Source: Neoechinorhynchus agilis
Lineage: Eukaryota; Animalia; Acanthocephala
Length of the DNA: 58,976 nucleotides
Direction: 5' to 3'
Assembly (NCBI GenBank): GCA_051530055.1
Contig: JBMGUZ010000012.1
Coordinates: 1-58,976 of the forward strand
Shown: in pieces, positions 20,161 to 32,000 of the stretch
Position numbering within the stretch: position 1 is the first letter of the stretch
How the letters are laid out: each line of letters begins with the position of its first letter
Translations under genes and position numbers: made by a program
Notes under the pieces: generated by a model
Told to the model about the DNA's origin: nothing
What the model saw: only the letters and a program-made list of their open reading frames with translations
Databases searched by the model: none

Positions 20161-21336
20161 CATAAACAACCATGAATAGTTCAATCTTCAATGCGTAAGA
20201 AGATTATTAAATCAGGTAACTTTGATTGATTGGAATTTTTTACGTGTTTCAAACAAACATTTTAAACTTTAGGCTGAGATTTTCAAATACCCGAGCTATT
20301 TTAGGAAAGTTTTATAAAATAGGTTGTGGTCAAAAATTAAAACACTATTTCGAATTTTCATTTTGGCAGAAAGATTCATTGCATTAACGCTTACATTTTT
20401 AATTATTGACGTTCTGACCAATTAAGTACGAGAATCACAGCGAAACTTGTGAGTTTAACACCTTAAGCTTAAAGCGATCATTTTTTCGGATGAACAGCGA
20501 CGTTTAATGTATGTTCAGCTGAATTAAGTAAAAATATTTCGACGCGATTTGTAACGACTCATAGAATTGTGATTTAAAAAATATTAATAACTATTTATTA
20601 TCAAGGCCTCATACACTCTTGTTAGTTTGTGACATCTTCTTTTGGGCCTCACGGCCATATTCCTTTGTATCCCTTCGACTTATCCTGATCCCTCTCGATG
20701 CAAGTGTCCCGAGGGTTTTTATTATTAAAGAGTCGACTTTAAAACCCGGGATTTCGGCATAGGTACAGATTCAGGACGGAACTTTCGCACAACGGAGGCG
20801 CTAAGCCGCACTTGAAGGGGCCGCCGTCTAACTCAGCGACCGGTGGCGTTGAACTTTCGACATATCAAGCGCAATATGAACGCGCACACCACACGGCCGC
20901 TGAATAACTATTGAAATACATCACATCAAGTAGCGGTGGCCTGTAGACGAGAGCGCTACCTTTTATCGATGTCTAGATTTTGGCCCAACGGAAAATTCTA
21001 TAATCGATTATGTTCAAATCGAGAGTTTGGAAGTTATCTTTTATAAAAGAATTCTACGGCGAGCAAACTAGGATTTAGTTAAGAATCAACTCAGCGTTTT
21101 AACGATATAAAATCAATATTTTTTGGAGGATGTTGCAATTTGACAGCGACTGATATAACTGGTAATAACAGATTAGCGACGTAAAAGCGATTACTGAATT
21201 AATGACCGTAATTATTAGTCAAAAATTAGAAATGCGGAGAAACTCTTGTTTGGAAATTCATGCAATATGACAGTGTAACTTTGAGATGATTTTGAAGGTA
21301 TTAACGATCTGGTCTAATGAGTATCCGTGATCAGCT

Positions 21337-22932
21337 TTATTGAACTGGTGTCAGTGTTGTGAATTTCTCAGGATCGATTGCTTCCCTGTTTTCGTAAAAA
21401 CTCAAAGCTTGGTCATGGCTGAGTCTTGTATTGGAATCTATATATGTGAATATGAGAATAGAAGGAATTTTAGCAGAACCAACCAATGAATTCAACTTTT
21501 CCACCGGCTGGCAAGACGACAGTACTCGCTGATAAGACAATAGTGAGTTCTTTGCTGAGCTTCTCGGTTATGGTTTCAATGCAAGTCTCACATGTTAGAT
21601 CAATGAACATTCGGAGGTGCATTTTGTACTCGGTTGGGCTGTCGGGATTAATGACTTCTGAAATGAAAATAAGTTATACAATAAGAATACGGGGCGCTGA
21701 CCATAGCTGTCGAACTCGACATAAACAGGATCCTGGTCACTCGAATATTCGGATCCTTGAGAAAGGGCGAGCGTAATTGCATCGTTATTGAATTCATCGC
21801 CTTCGAGTATATCCAAATCATGGTAGGAATTCTCAACGCTTTTAAAAGAATTATATCCTAGCATTTAATTGAGAATCTATACTTTATCCCCCAGTGTTCC
21901 GTCATCCGTGTAAGTTACTATGACTTCGTACACTTTAAAATGAATTAACAAAATAAGGATAAAAGAAGACATCACTCCTTACATATTCCGTACTCTTGTT
22001 CCCATGGATCATCATCCTCTAATATATCGTCGAATGCGTCGTCATATACATAATTATCATCGATAAGTTAGGAAAAAGCAGTATGAGATTTTCTTTAAAG
22101 TTTAAAAATACCTTCCAATATATCCGATTTAAGACTGTTTAGAACATCACGTTTTCCATCGTTGGTCAAAATCTCGATTTGAGCCAGAATTACAATAAGA
22201 TCCTCAAGGCGTTTTTCAGAGCAATCGCAAGGAAGCTTGTAGAATGCGCGGTAAATCACTTCAAATTGTTCTCTTTTATAGGCAGATAATAAAAAACTTG
22301 AAGCTTTATCTTATGATTTACCCTGGTAGCTCATTGACCATTTCTACTTGAACTCCATGAGGTCGGTGTATAGGTAAGACATTCAGAGCCATCTCTTCTA
22401 CTCGACCATTCATCTAATAGAAAAATGAAATTCAAAACGAAAGCCAGACCTGAATCGTCTTACCGCAAGTTCAAATATTTTATTTAGATTACGAACTCGC
22501 GGTGACCCTCTTTTTTGAACATTTCGTATCGGTTCTTCGACGCGAAATTCCATCTTAATCGTAAATAAATACTGTAGCCTCTTAAGAATCCCGACTAACC
22601 TTTGGTTCATGATGGAAATCAAAGTTTCTTCGCATGTATTTTCCCGCCTGAATAAATCTTTGTCCGCCATTGACTCCTCCTTTTACTTCGTACAATGTTT
22701 TGGCTTTGGAAACTTATAGGACTCGGTATTGATTTCTAACAAAGCAAATCGAACTTACATTGAGCTGCAACGAAAAAGCGTAATAAGCTATTAAAGTTTC
22801 TAAAAAGTGCTTACCTTTTGCATCACCAGTTGGAGCAGAGGTCACGGCGTCCTTGTGAACAAGAGTAACGGTGAGCGCAACAATCAGAGAAATAATCGAT
22901 GCCAATGCAATCAAACCGATAGCTCCAGACAT
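21337..22932 (-). CDS. Multi-exon host gene (possibly two) encoding an N-terminally hydrophobic secreted or membrane protein; includes a 6-nt micro-exon
   Basis: Exon 1 is 22932-22815 (MSGAIGLIALASIISLIVALTVTLV...), followed by a 50-nt GTAAG..TTGCAG intron, micro-exon CTCAAT at 22764-22759 and a GTAAGT donor. Further 46-50 nt GT-AG introns separate readable exons, ending ...EKFTTLTPVQ* at 21337. The full exon chain was not resolved. Confidence 0.6.
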
Positions 22933-23748
22933 GATAATCTTCGTGGCTCTAGTGATACGAACTCACAAGATCCCAAAACCTCTGCAGATACTAACGGCTT
23001 CATTTTTCGATTGGAGAAGTTTGTTCAACTCGAATGTGAGCGAAGTTCAATCTTTTTCCCCAAACTTTTATACTACGTTAAGTGTGCCAAAACGCGAAAT
23101 TGTGAGTTTCGTTGTCCGTCTTTCGTTAAGCAGTTATATCACCTCTTACAAATGATTTTCCTACTACATTGATGTTCAACCTACATCCTTACAAGTCAAT
23201 GGGTCTATGGCTGAATAGTATAGTTAACGTGAGTTTGTAAATGATTGTTATAACCAGTTGCGGTTACTCGTTGTTAGCCGAGTGCTGTTGGTTGATCGTA
23301 TAAAGCAAGTCGTAAAACAGTTCAGTGTCTTCTTTACGAGAATCGCACTTCCCGAAGACCGAAAAAGTCTTATTGCGATGTTTCGCGGGGAAGCCTCGTC
23401 TCAATAGTCATCCAAAAAAAGATTTTAGTTGTTTTGCATGACTCCGAATCGTCCGCTTTGTCGTTTTTATGCTCTGCACATTTCTGCTATAAGAATGAAA
23501 AGAATTCAATTTGTTTGTTGTTGAAAGTTGTTAAGCGACAAACCTCATGGAGCTCTGCATCGCTTGGCGAGGCTTTATCTTTCGAAAAATCTCGATAAAA
23601 TATTTTATATCCGGGATTGTGAAGAACACATCTACAAAGCCCGGATCGCTAAAAGTTTACGATTCTGATTTCACTCTAACCACCGTTCGCTATCGTATTT
23701 AGGAAATAATTTAATGCAGACGTACAAATAAAAACTTATTTATCAATA

Positions 23749-24906
23749 TTACTCTCGTCTTACAAAATTGCTCTCAGACGAACTATCTCTACATTGAGAT
23801 TCTCCTTCTTTATCTTTTTTTCTGTTTGTACTGCTATCAATTTCTATTGGTGGAAGAGAATTGGTGGCTCCTTCAGTTGCCTGAAACAAATTAGTTTCCG
23901 TTTGATGGTCAGTTTGATGGATAAAAACCTCAGATGATTTTTCAACCGGCGAATTGTGAACCGATGGAATGTTTTCTGGAGTTGGTTCACTAATTTTTGC
24001 TGTGTATTCAATCTCGAGTTCCTCCTGTGACCTTGCCGATCTTCGTGGTGTTGAGATTTGAGTTCTTTGGTGAATGTTTGTGCTGTGGTCCGGATCGAGA
24101 ACAGGAGGAATCCATTCTGAAGCCAGGAATTTTTCAAATAGTTCGCGAATGGCCGGTTCCCATTCGGAAAATGCGACCGAGTCAGCGCATGAAAAGCAGT
24201 AGACCGAACCTTTATATTGATGCCACGATGGAGTTAAGAAAGTTCCGCATTTTGCACAAATCCAAGGCATTGTTGGCTGCGATGTTTTTTGAAGAAAAGC
24301 TTGAGGATTGCCGACTGAATCTTGGCGTTCATCTACCATCTCGAGACTGATGACGCCGGCTCGATTATTATCATTTATTCTCGGAAAGATTTGCGGTGGA
24401 CGACTCTCAGCGATGGCATCGGCATTTTGAATTATGAATTGCATTAAATCTTCAAGTTCTTGGTTGTTATCGCCAATCATTCGATTTGTTTCGGCCGATT
24501 TTTGCTCCTTGGATTGTTCGGAAGTTATTCGGAAACACTGTTGCTGGGCGTTTGCTAAGTTTGCGGCCACTGACAATGCGGACGCCGCAGTGTTCGAAGG
24601 TGCCATTCTCAACAAACCGGCAAATGTTCTATCAAGATTTACTGGCTCGTTACTTCGAGTTGAATTCATTGAAGGAAATAAAACTCCTAAACTCATTTGA
24701 AATAATGGAATCGATATGAGGTTTTTGTGGAACTCACCTGGCGTTAGTTTGCTCGTCGCATTTTGGCTCGCTAGAATCCGCATGGATTCCATTGTAGCCT
24801 CCATAATTAAAATGTGGTTTTCAAACCGTTGACTGTCACTTGTCGGAATATTATCGCTCAATCGTTGAATTAAACGTAAAAGGATTTTGCTTATTTCTGG
24901 ATTCAT
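23749..24906 (-). CDS. Intronless protein with a GATA-like C4 zinc finger and a low-complexity acidic/ST-rich tail
   Basis: Open frame from ATG 24906 (MNPEISK). CAKCGTFLTPSWHQYKGSVYCFSC is C-x2-C-x16-C-x2-C with the TPxW element of GATA-type fingers. Confidence 0.65.
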   Translation of the reverse strand: MNPEISKILLRLIQRLSDNIPTSDSQRFENHILIMEATMESMRILASQNATSKLTPGEFHKNLISIPLFQMSLGVLFPSMNSTRSNEPVNLDRTFAGLLRMAPSNTAASALSVAANLANAQQQCFRITSEQSKEQKSAETNRMIGDNNQELEDLMQFIIQNADAIAESRPPQIFPRINDNNRAGVISLEMVDERQDSVGNPQAFLQKTSQPTMPWICAKCGTFLTPSWHQYKGSVYCFSCADSVAFSEWEPAIRELFEKFLASEWIPPVLDPDHSTNIHQRTQISTPRRSARSQEELEIEYTAKISEPTPENIPSVHNSPVEKSSEVFIHQTDHQTETNLFQATEGATNSLPPIEIDSSTNRKKDKEGESQCRDSSSESNFVRRE

Positions 24907-25482
24907 GTCTTTATTGGAAAATGTTATCCGTCTCCTTGGGAAAGGCAATCGAGCAAGGAACGATATTGCGAATTAATACGTATCGGTTTTGTTGCTCAAA
25001 ACAAAAAACAAAGGACGAATGTGGGCTCGGTGATTGTGTTAATGATTGCATAAAGGCGAAAATATCCATCGCGTTAATCTTTTGAGCTTTCTGTAATCAT
25101 GGTTTTTACAAAAAATTTAAAAGTTTCGATACCCACACGTACCAAAAACTGTGATATTTTTCATTTCATCCAAACTTAAAATGATGAAATACTAAGGTTT
25201 TTCCTCTTGACCAGTGGCTTGGAATGGCGATAAAGTGTTTTTTGGTCCTCTTTTTAAGAATTAAACTTTGTTTTAAGCACGCAAATTTTTAAATTATTAA
25301 GTGCTTAGGTTTTTCCTTCTTCGGTCTTTGTTGAAAAAATTCCCATTTCAAAAAACAAATTGGCACCTTTCGTTCAAATGTTCATCATGAACACAATGGA
25401 AGCGTGTAACAAAAATTAAGGATCTATTTTAGCATTTAAATCTGCTCGTAGATTCAACGTAACTTATCGATATACGGAATCA
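24180..25482. repeat. Inner inverted duplication (partner 34141-35444)
   Basis: Near-identical reverse-complement match covering the zinc-finger gene 5' two-thirds and ~570 bp upstream. Confidence 0.93.
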
Positions 25483-25524
25483 GCGCTTAGGTTTTTGGGA
25501 TTTCGTGGATAATATCGATAATCA

Positions 25525-26630
25525 GCGCGATATTCACGGCGAACAGATTGGTGAATGTTGTCATCGATGACATCTTACGAACGTTCTTTTACTTGTATTA
25601 TTGACGAAAAAAAGAACCGAAATCATCAAATGGTTCGAATCGGATTATTTAATTCCTTAAAGGAACAGCGAGTATTCCATGGCGTAACGCTGAAATCGTT
25701 ATGAATGTCCGCCAAAAAGACCTTTTAAATTTCGCACAATTCTCATTTATGAGAGTCTATTGATTAACGAACTACAGCGCATTGATTTTTAAAAAGTTCA
25801 ACTTAATTCTTGGTGAAGTTTTTCGATGAATCAATTTTTTAGCGGTCGCGATTATTAAAGGCGGTCGATTCGTGATGGAAATCCATATAATCATTGAAAG
25901 CGGTCAATGAAAAATCAGTGGTTGGGAAACGAAATGACGTTGATTAATGATACTGTTACCAAAGTATCAACTTTTTAAAGCCATTGACACCTTCATCATC
26001 CGTACCCTCGTCATTATTAGACTTCCTCCATAAATGACTACTGATAATTTATTACATGAAAATAATTTAAACTCAACAAAATGCCCAAAGTTGTAAGCTT
26101 CTCGATCCTTTGTCCGACAGATCGAGAGCAGGATAATCTCAAATATCCCGGAGCTACAACGTTTCTTGAAGTCGTCCATTTGAAAAAATATCCAATTTCA
26201 AAAAAATAATTGTCACCTTTCGTTCAAATGTTAGCGTGATATTCACGGTGAACAGATTGGTGAATCATCTTACGAACGTTCTTTTAATTGTATTTTTGAC
26301 AAAAAAAGAACCGAAATCATCAGATGGTTAGAATCGGATTATTTAATTCCTTAAAAGAACAGCGAGTATTTCATGGTGCAACAATGAAGTCTTCATGAAC
26401 GTCAACCAAAAGACGACTCTTCAATTCCGCACAATCCTCATTAACGAACAAAAACGTATTGATTTTTGAAAATTTAAGCTTAGGGCTTTGTGAAGTTTGT
26501 CGATGGTTCAATTTTCTAACGGTCGAGATTTTCATGCCGTGGGACGATCATTAAAAGCGGTCGATTTATGCTTGAAATCTATATAATGATTGAAAGCGGT
26601 TAAAGAAAAATCAGGAGAAATATCGGAGAA
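25525..26630. repeat. Diverged direct repeat (~25525-25920 and ~26232-26630)
   Basis: Shared blocks such as gatattcacgg.gaacagattggtgaat, aaagaaccgaaatcatca.atggtt.gaatcggattatttaattcc and gcggtcgatt..tg.t.gaaatc.atataat.attgaaagcggt. Confidence 0.8.
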
Positions 26631-27781
26631 TCGATAAACTTAAAGACATTTAAGCTTGTGAGGTTTTTCACTTGCAATTTTTCTCATTGAACTTTACGCC
26701 GTGATAATGATATTAAAAATGGAATAATCACAACGACGGCAATGGTGTGTCAAGGTCGTAAGCAAACAAGCCTTAAAGTTATCAAAAAAGCATAGAAATA
26801 TGTAAAATCCTTCGGGATGATAGATTTGTGGTTATCATAATGCCGGAAAGTTAAGTCAATAAAATGAGTTAAAATCTTTAGTCGAGTTAACTTGATTGTA
26901 TTCATTCTTTTAGTTTCTAAGAAAGCGGCAAAATACTTTGGATCGGGATACGACCACGATTTCTTGCCATTCGATTTCGAGCTCTTAAACTATTCGACGA
27001 ATTGAGCCGTCGAACGATTAAGTCGATCACAGGAACTTTACTCAGAGGATGAACATAGCGGTTGTATAGCGAATGAACGCCGAAAACATTTTGGACACCA
27101 TCTAAACCGGCGGCGATCGGGGTCGTGATTGATGCTGAGAGTATAATTAAATTTAAATTGTCTTATTCAATATTTTATTAAATAAAAAAAGAAATTTGTG
27201 TAATTGGAAAAGGCGAAGTGCAAATAAATTTACTACAGAAATTTTCTTTAATTTTTTAATTTTTCGTAAACAAAGGGAAAATCTCATAACCGTTCGACGT
27301 TAGGTTTTCCACCTCAACTTTGACTCAGAACTCTAAGAAAATCAAATTGTAGCACTTTACAATATTCTTTGAAGAAATTTCCATTTTTTTTAGCATTTCC
27401 AACGTTTCCGAAGTTCTGGTTTTTCTTGGCCAACGAACGCTTATTATGGCAAAAATGATTTCCTTAATTCCACTTGGCTGTTTGGACATCCAAAGTCGAT
27501 GAATAGATTGTCACGATGTGGTTTTTGTAACATTTGTTTCGTCGTTTAAAAGATATGAAATTCCCGTTATTTACTATGCTGCTTAACAAAATGTTATGGA
27601 TTGTGATTTCAATCGATTAAAAAGGCATTCTTATAAATAAAAAATTTAGAGCCTTCCAATCGATCATTCAAAAAGTCAAGAGATCAAAGATATGAATAAA
27701 GAAAATAGTTATAAATTTGCCTTGATTTAAAAAACGTTTTATGTTTATCAATCATTTTTTGTAATCAAAAAAGTTTTAAAA

Positions 27782-29044
27782 CTAAATCGAAGCTTCTAAA
27801 CCAAGTGACGTAGTATTCTCCCAGTTCTCAATATTTGCCGAATTAGGTTCATCGGTTGCTTTAATGATTTCAACTGAGAATGCTTGATCGCTTTTTTGAA
27901 CCTTTTTATTGTTTGAGACTCCTTCTCCGGTTTCAGTTTTGTTCATCTCATTTAAGTCCTTATTTTCCACTTCAATTTTTTTAGCTCGCTTGGGATTTGT
28001 AACTTTTAGTGTTTTGTTCGTACGTTTCCTGGTTTCTATTGAACGAACCGGCGCTTTAGTCTTTTTTTGCTTACTGGTTGCTTTTCGTGTTCTTTTCTCA
28101 GGAGATTTCTTTACTGTTCTTTTAACGCGTCTCACTGAAGTTTTTGGACTCGCTCTTTTCTTAACTTTTGACTTCGGCGCTGCTTTGCGAACAACCTTCT
28201 TAGCTTTTCTCAATGGAGCTTTCTTTGACTTCGCAATTTTCCTCTTTCCTTTCGGTTTGACAGCGTTCTCGGACACTGCATTGCTTCCAATCTTTTTAAT
28301 GATTCTCTTCTCAGGTTTCTCCTTCTTTTTCGCCTTTTCTCGAACTTTCATCTTACTAATTTTATCTTCACCTTTCGGCTGCAGTTTTATTCCCGGAGCA
28401 CAACGGTTTCTCAATTTCGGTCCAATCTTTAACGTTCCACCGTCACCTCTCAAGAGAGTTTTTCCCTCAACGCATCGGTCGATTGTGAATTTAAGGCGGT
28501 TGCGTAGTTGAATCTTCGATACTCCTTCTTCTTTTAAACACGCCAATAATTCCTGTATAATTTCAGATTCTTTGATAGCAGTTTGACCATTTGCTTCTCT
28601 CCCAAGGACCGCCCTCTTGACCATACAACCCAAAGCTCTTCTTTGAGTCTTGTAATTTGGAACGTTGTTCGGGTCGCAGCCGAGTTTCTTCACTGAATCC
28701 ATTTTGTCGATTTTACGCGTTGAGATCCGCTTAATCGGTGGAGATGGTTTTTCCCGGGAACTCTTTGAAGCCCGTTTAGTATTTGTTCCTTCATCCATTT
28801 TCACTTCTGAACAACTTACATTTTCTTTAGCATCAACTTTCTTCGCTATTCGCCGTCTTCTCTTCGGAGCCGTCTTTTCTTGTGGAGATTTTTTCGTGGA
28901 TTTCTTAGAAGTCTGATTCCTTTCTTTACTTTTCGGCTGCTTCCTTCGCTCCTCTACAATGCGTCCATCACCAAAAACTTCCTCACATAAAGAAGGAAAC
29001 CGTTCACAGCACTCACGAAGAGCTTTAGGAATGGACCGGGGCAT
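27782..29044 (-). CDS. Lys/Arg-rich linker-histone (H1/H5)-like or sperm-nuclear-basic-type protein
   Basis: 420-aa intronless ORF with basic N- and C-tails (KKAPLRKAKKVVRKAAPKSK...) around a ~75-aa segment (ALGCMVKRAVLG...LRNRLKFTIDRCVEGKTLLRGDGGTLKIG) patterned like the H15 winged helix. Confidence 0.55.
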   Translation of the reverse strand: MPRSIPKALRECCERFPSLCEEVFGDGRIVEERRKQPKSKERNQTSKKSTKKSPQEKTAPKRRRRIAKKVDAKENVSCSEVKMDEGTNTKRASKSSREKPSPPIKRISTRKIDKMDSVKKLGCDPNNVPNYKTQRRALGCMVKRAVLGREANGQTAIKESEIIQELLACLKEEGVSKIQLRNRLKFTIDRCVEGKTLLRGDGGTLKIGPKLRNRCAPGIKLQPKGEDKISKMKVREKAKKKEKPEKRIIKKIGSNAVSENAVKPKGKRKIAKSKKAPLRKAKKVVRKAAPKSKVKKRASPKTSVRRVKRTVKKSPEKRTRKATSKQKKTKAPVRSIETRKRTNKTLKVTNPKRAKKIEVENKDLNEMNKTETGEGVSNNKKVQKSDQAFSVEIIKATDEPNSANIENWENTTSLGLEASI

Positions 29045-29047
29045 GGA

Positions 29048-32000
29048 TTTACAAGAATAAACGCACCCAAATTTGGTAGAACGAATTCAATGATTTGCAA
29101 TTGTGGAATTTTTCATTGCCTTTGATTGCCATAGTAACGCGGAATTTGCATTCAATTTCTGCGAGTTTATAAAGATTAAAAGAGCGCATTTAAAAAGAAT
29201 AAACATGGACGATTCAAAAATACAATATTGATCTAAGCATTTCCCAGCAGTAACATTTCTTTAGAGATTGTTTCTTTAAAAAATGCTTCGGATAAACATA
29301 TTTTTTTAGACATTTAAAGAAATTCAATTCCCTTTGAATTTTCACCAGCGTGTGCTCCATATTTATTCTCTGTTCTTGTATCCGATTATTATTCTGAAAC
29401 TAAGTATTGAAAAAAATGACATAGGTTAAAATGTTGATTTTATTTTCGGGTTTTGTTTTAAAAGATTTGTTGTTCTTATTGACATTGAATGAGCGAACTT
29501 CACTATTTCAAACGACAAAAAATTTAGACAGCACAAAATGGAAGTTTAGATTAATTACAGTATCTTCGATCACTTCAATGAACGCAAGACTGCGGGCGGA
29601 AAATAAGTAAACAAAGCGCTAATAAAGGTGAAATTACCAAAGATACTAAATCGTTCTCTATATTGGGAAACACATTATTGATAAACAAAATGAACGACAA
29701 GCGTCTAGTCAATGTTGAATAAATACCGGAAACAAAAGCGAGCACTCACCTAAAAGCGGTTTGCGATCTCCTCGAATTCGATAAGATCGACTTGAATATC
29801 GAATAAACAAATAGGAAAATGAGGATTCCCATTATCGTACTGATTATCGCGATAGGACTACTAGTCAACATATCAGCGCTTTCCGTCCGACCGGAAACGA
29901 AAAACAAAATTAAGCCGTTCTCCTATTATAGCGATTCGCCAATACTATTTAAATCCAGAGATGGAGAAAATCAGCAAAAAGACGACGAATCCGATGAGAT
30001 GAGCAGTGGACCTCCAATGATGGACGAAAGCTCGTCAAATCAAGGTGATTTTAATGATATCGATTCATCAGAAGAGAACGAAGCCATATCGAAGCCTGGA
30101 GAAAATCAACAAAAAGACGACGAATCCGATGAGATGAGCAGTGGACCTCCAACGATGTACGAAAGCTAATCAAATCAAGGTGATTTTAATGATTTCGATT
30201 CATCAGAAGAGAACAAAGGCATATCAGCTAGAGAAAATCAACAAAAAAGACGACGAATCCGATGAGATGAGCAGTCGACCTCCAATGATGGCGAAAAAGC
30301 CCGTCAAATCAAGGTGATTTTAATGATATCGATTCATCAGAAGAGAACGAAGCCATATCGAAGCCTGGAGAAAATCAACAAAAAGACGACGAATCCGATG
30401 AGATGAGCAGCGGACTCCGTATATGAAAGCTCGTCAAATCAAGGTGATTTCAATGATTTCGATTCATCAGAAGAGAACAAAGGCATATCGAAGCCAGGAG
30501 AAAATCAACAAAAAGACGACGAATCCGATGAGATGAGCAGTCGACCTCCAATGATGGGCGAAAGCCCGTCAAATCAAGGTGATTTTAATGATATCGATTC
30601 ATCAGAAGAGAACGAAGCCATATCGAAGCCTGGAGAAAATCAACAAAAAGACGACGAATCCGATGAGATGAGCAGCGGACCTCCAACGATGGGCGAAAGC
30701 TCGTCAAATCAAGGTGATTTCAATGATTTCGATTCATCAGAAGAGAACGAAGGCATATCGAAGCCTGGAGAAAATCAGCAAAAAGACGACGAATCTGATG
30801 AGATGAGCAGTGGACCTCCAATGATGGACGAAAGCTCGTCAAATCAAGGTGATTTTAATGATATCGATTCATCAGAAGAGAACGAAGGCATATCGAAGCC
30901 AGGAGACAAACTGCAAAATGACGACGAATCCGATGAGATGAGCAGTCGACCTCCAATGATGGGCGAAAGCCCGTCAAATCAAGGTGATTTTAATGATATC
31001 GATTCATCAGAAGAGAACGAAGCCATATCGAAGCCTGGAGAAAATCAACAAAAAGACGACGAATCCGATGAGATGAGTAGTCGACCTCCAACGATGTACG
31101 AAAGCTCATCAAATCAAGGTGATTTTAATGATTTCGATTCATCAGAAGAGAACGAAGGCATATCGAAGCCAGGAGAAAATCTGCAAAATGACGACGAATC
31201 CGATGAGATGAGCAGTCGACCTCCAATGATGGGCGAAAGCTCGTCAAATCAAGGTGAATTTTATGATTTCGATTCATCAGAAGAGAACGAAGGCATATCG
31301 AAGCCTGGAGAAAATCAGAAAAAGACGACGAATCCGATGATGAGCAGTCGACCTCCAATGATGGGCGAAAAAGCTCGTCAAATCAAGGTGATTTCAATGA
31401 TTTCGATTCATCAGAAGAGAACGAAGGCATATCGAAGCCAGGAGAAAATCAGCAAAAAGACGACGAATCCGATGAGATGAGCAGTGGACCTCCAATGATG
31501 GACGAAAGCTCGTCAAATCAAGGTGATTTTAATGATTTCGATTCATCAGAAGAGAACGAAGGCATATCGAAGCCTGGAGAAAATCAGCAAAAAGACGACG
31601 AATCTGATGAGATGAGCAGTGGACCTCCAATGATGGACGAAAGCTCGTCAAATCAAGGTGATTTTAATGATATCGATTCATCAGAAGAGAACGAAGCCAT
31701 ATCGAAGCCTGGAGAAAATCAACAAAAAGACGACGAATCCGATGAGATGAGCAGTCGACCTCCAATGATGGACGAAAGCTCGTCAAATCAAGGTGATTTT
31801 AATGATTTCGATTCATCAGAAGAGAACGAAGCCATATCGAAGCCTGGAGAAAATCAACAAAAAGACGACGAATCCGATGAGATGAGCAGCGGACCTCCAA
31901 CGATGTACGAAAGCTCATCAAATCAAGGTGATTTTAATGATTTCGATTCATCAGAAGAGAACGAAGGCATATCGAAGCCAGGAGACAAACTGCAAAATGA

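Noticed and set aside
20925-20980. SRP Alu-domain start or Helitron 3' end (hairpin plus CTAG)
   Set aside because: No SRP S-domain follows, CTAG is followed by A rather than T, and the hairpin loop is large.
27909-28511. Antisense or shadow ORFs (also 1257..1559, 14156..14575, 37699..38214, 39564..39935, 44770..45069, 48626..49042 and similar)
   Set aside because: They lie opposite longer motif-bearing ORFs and show the composition expected of reverse-complement frames.
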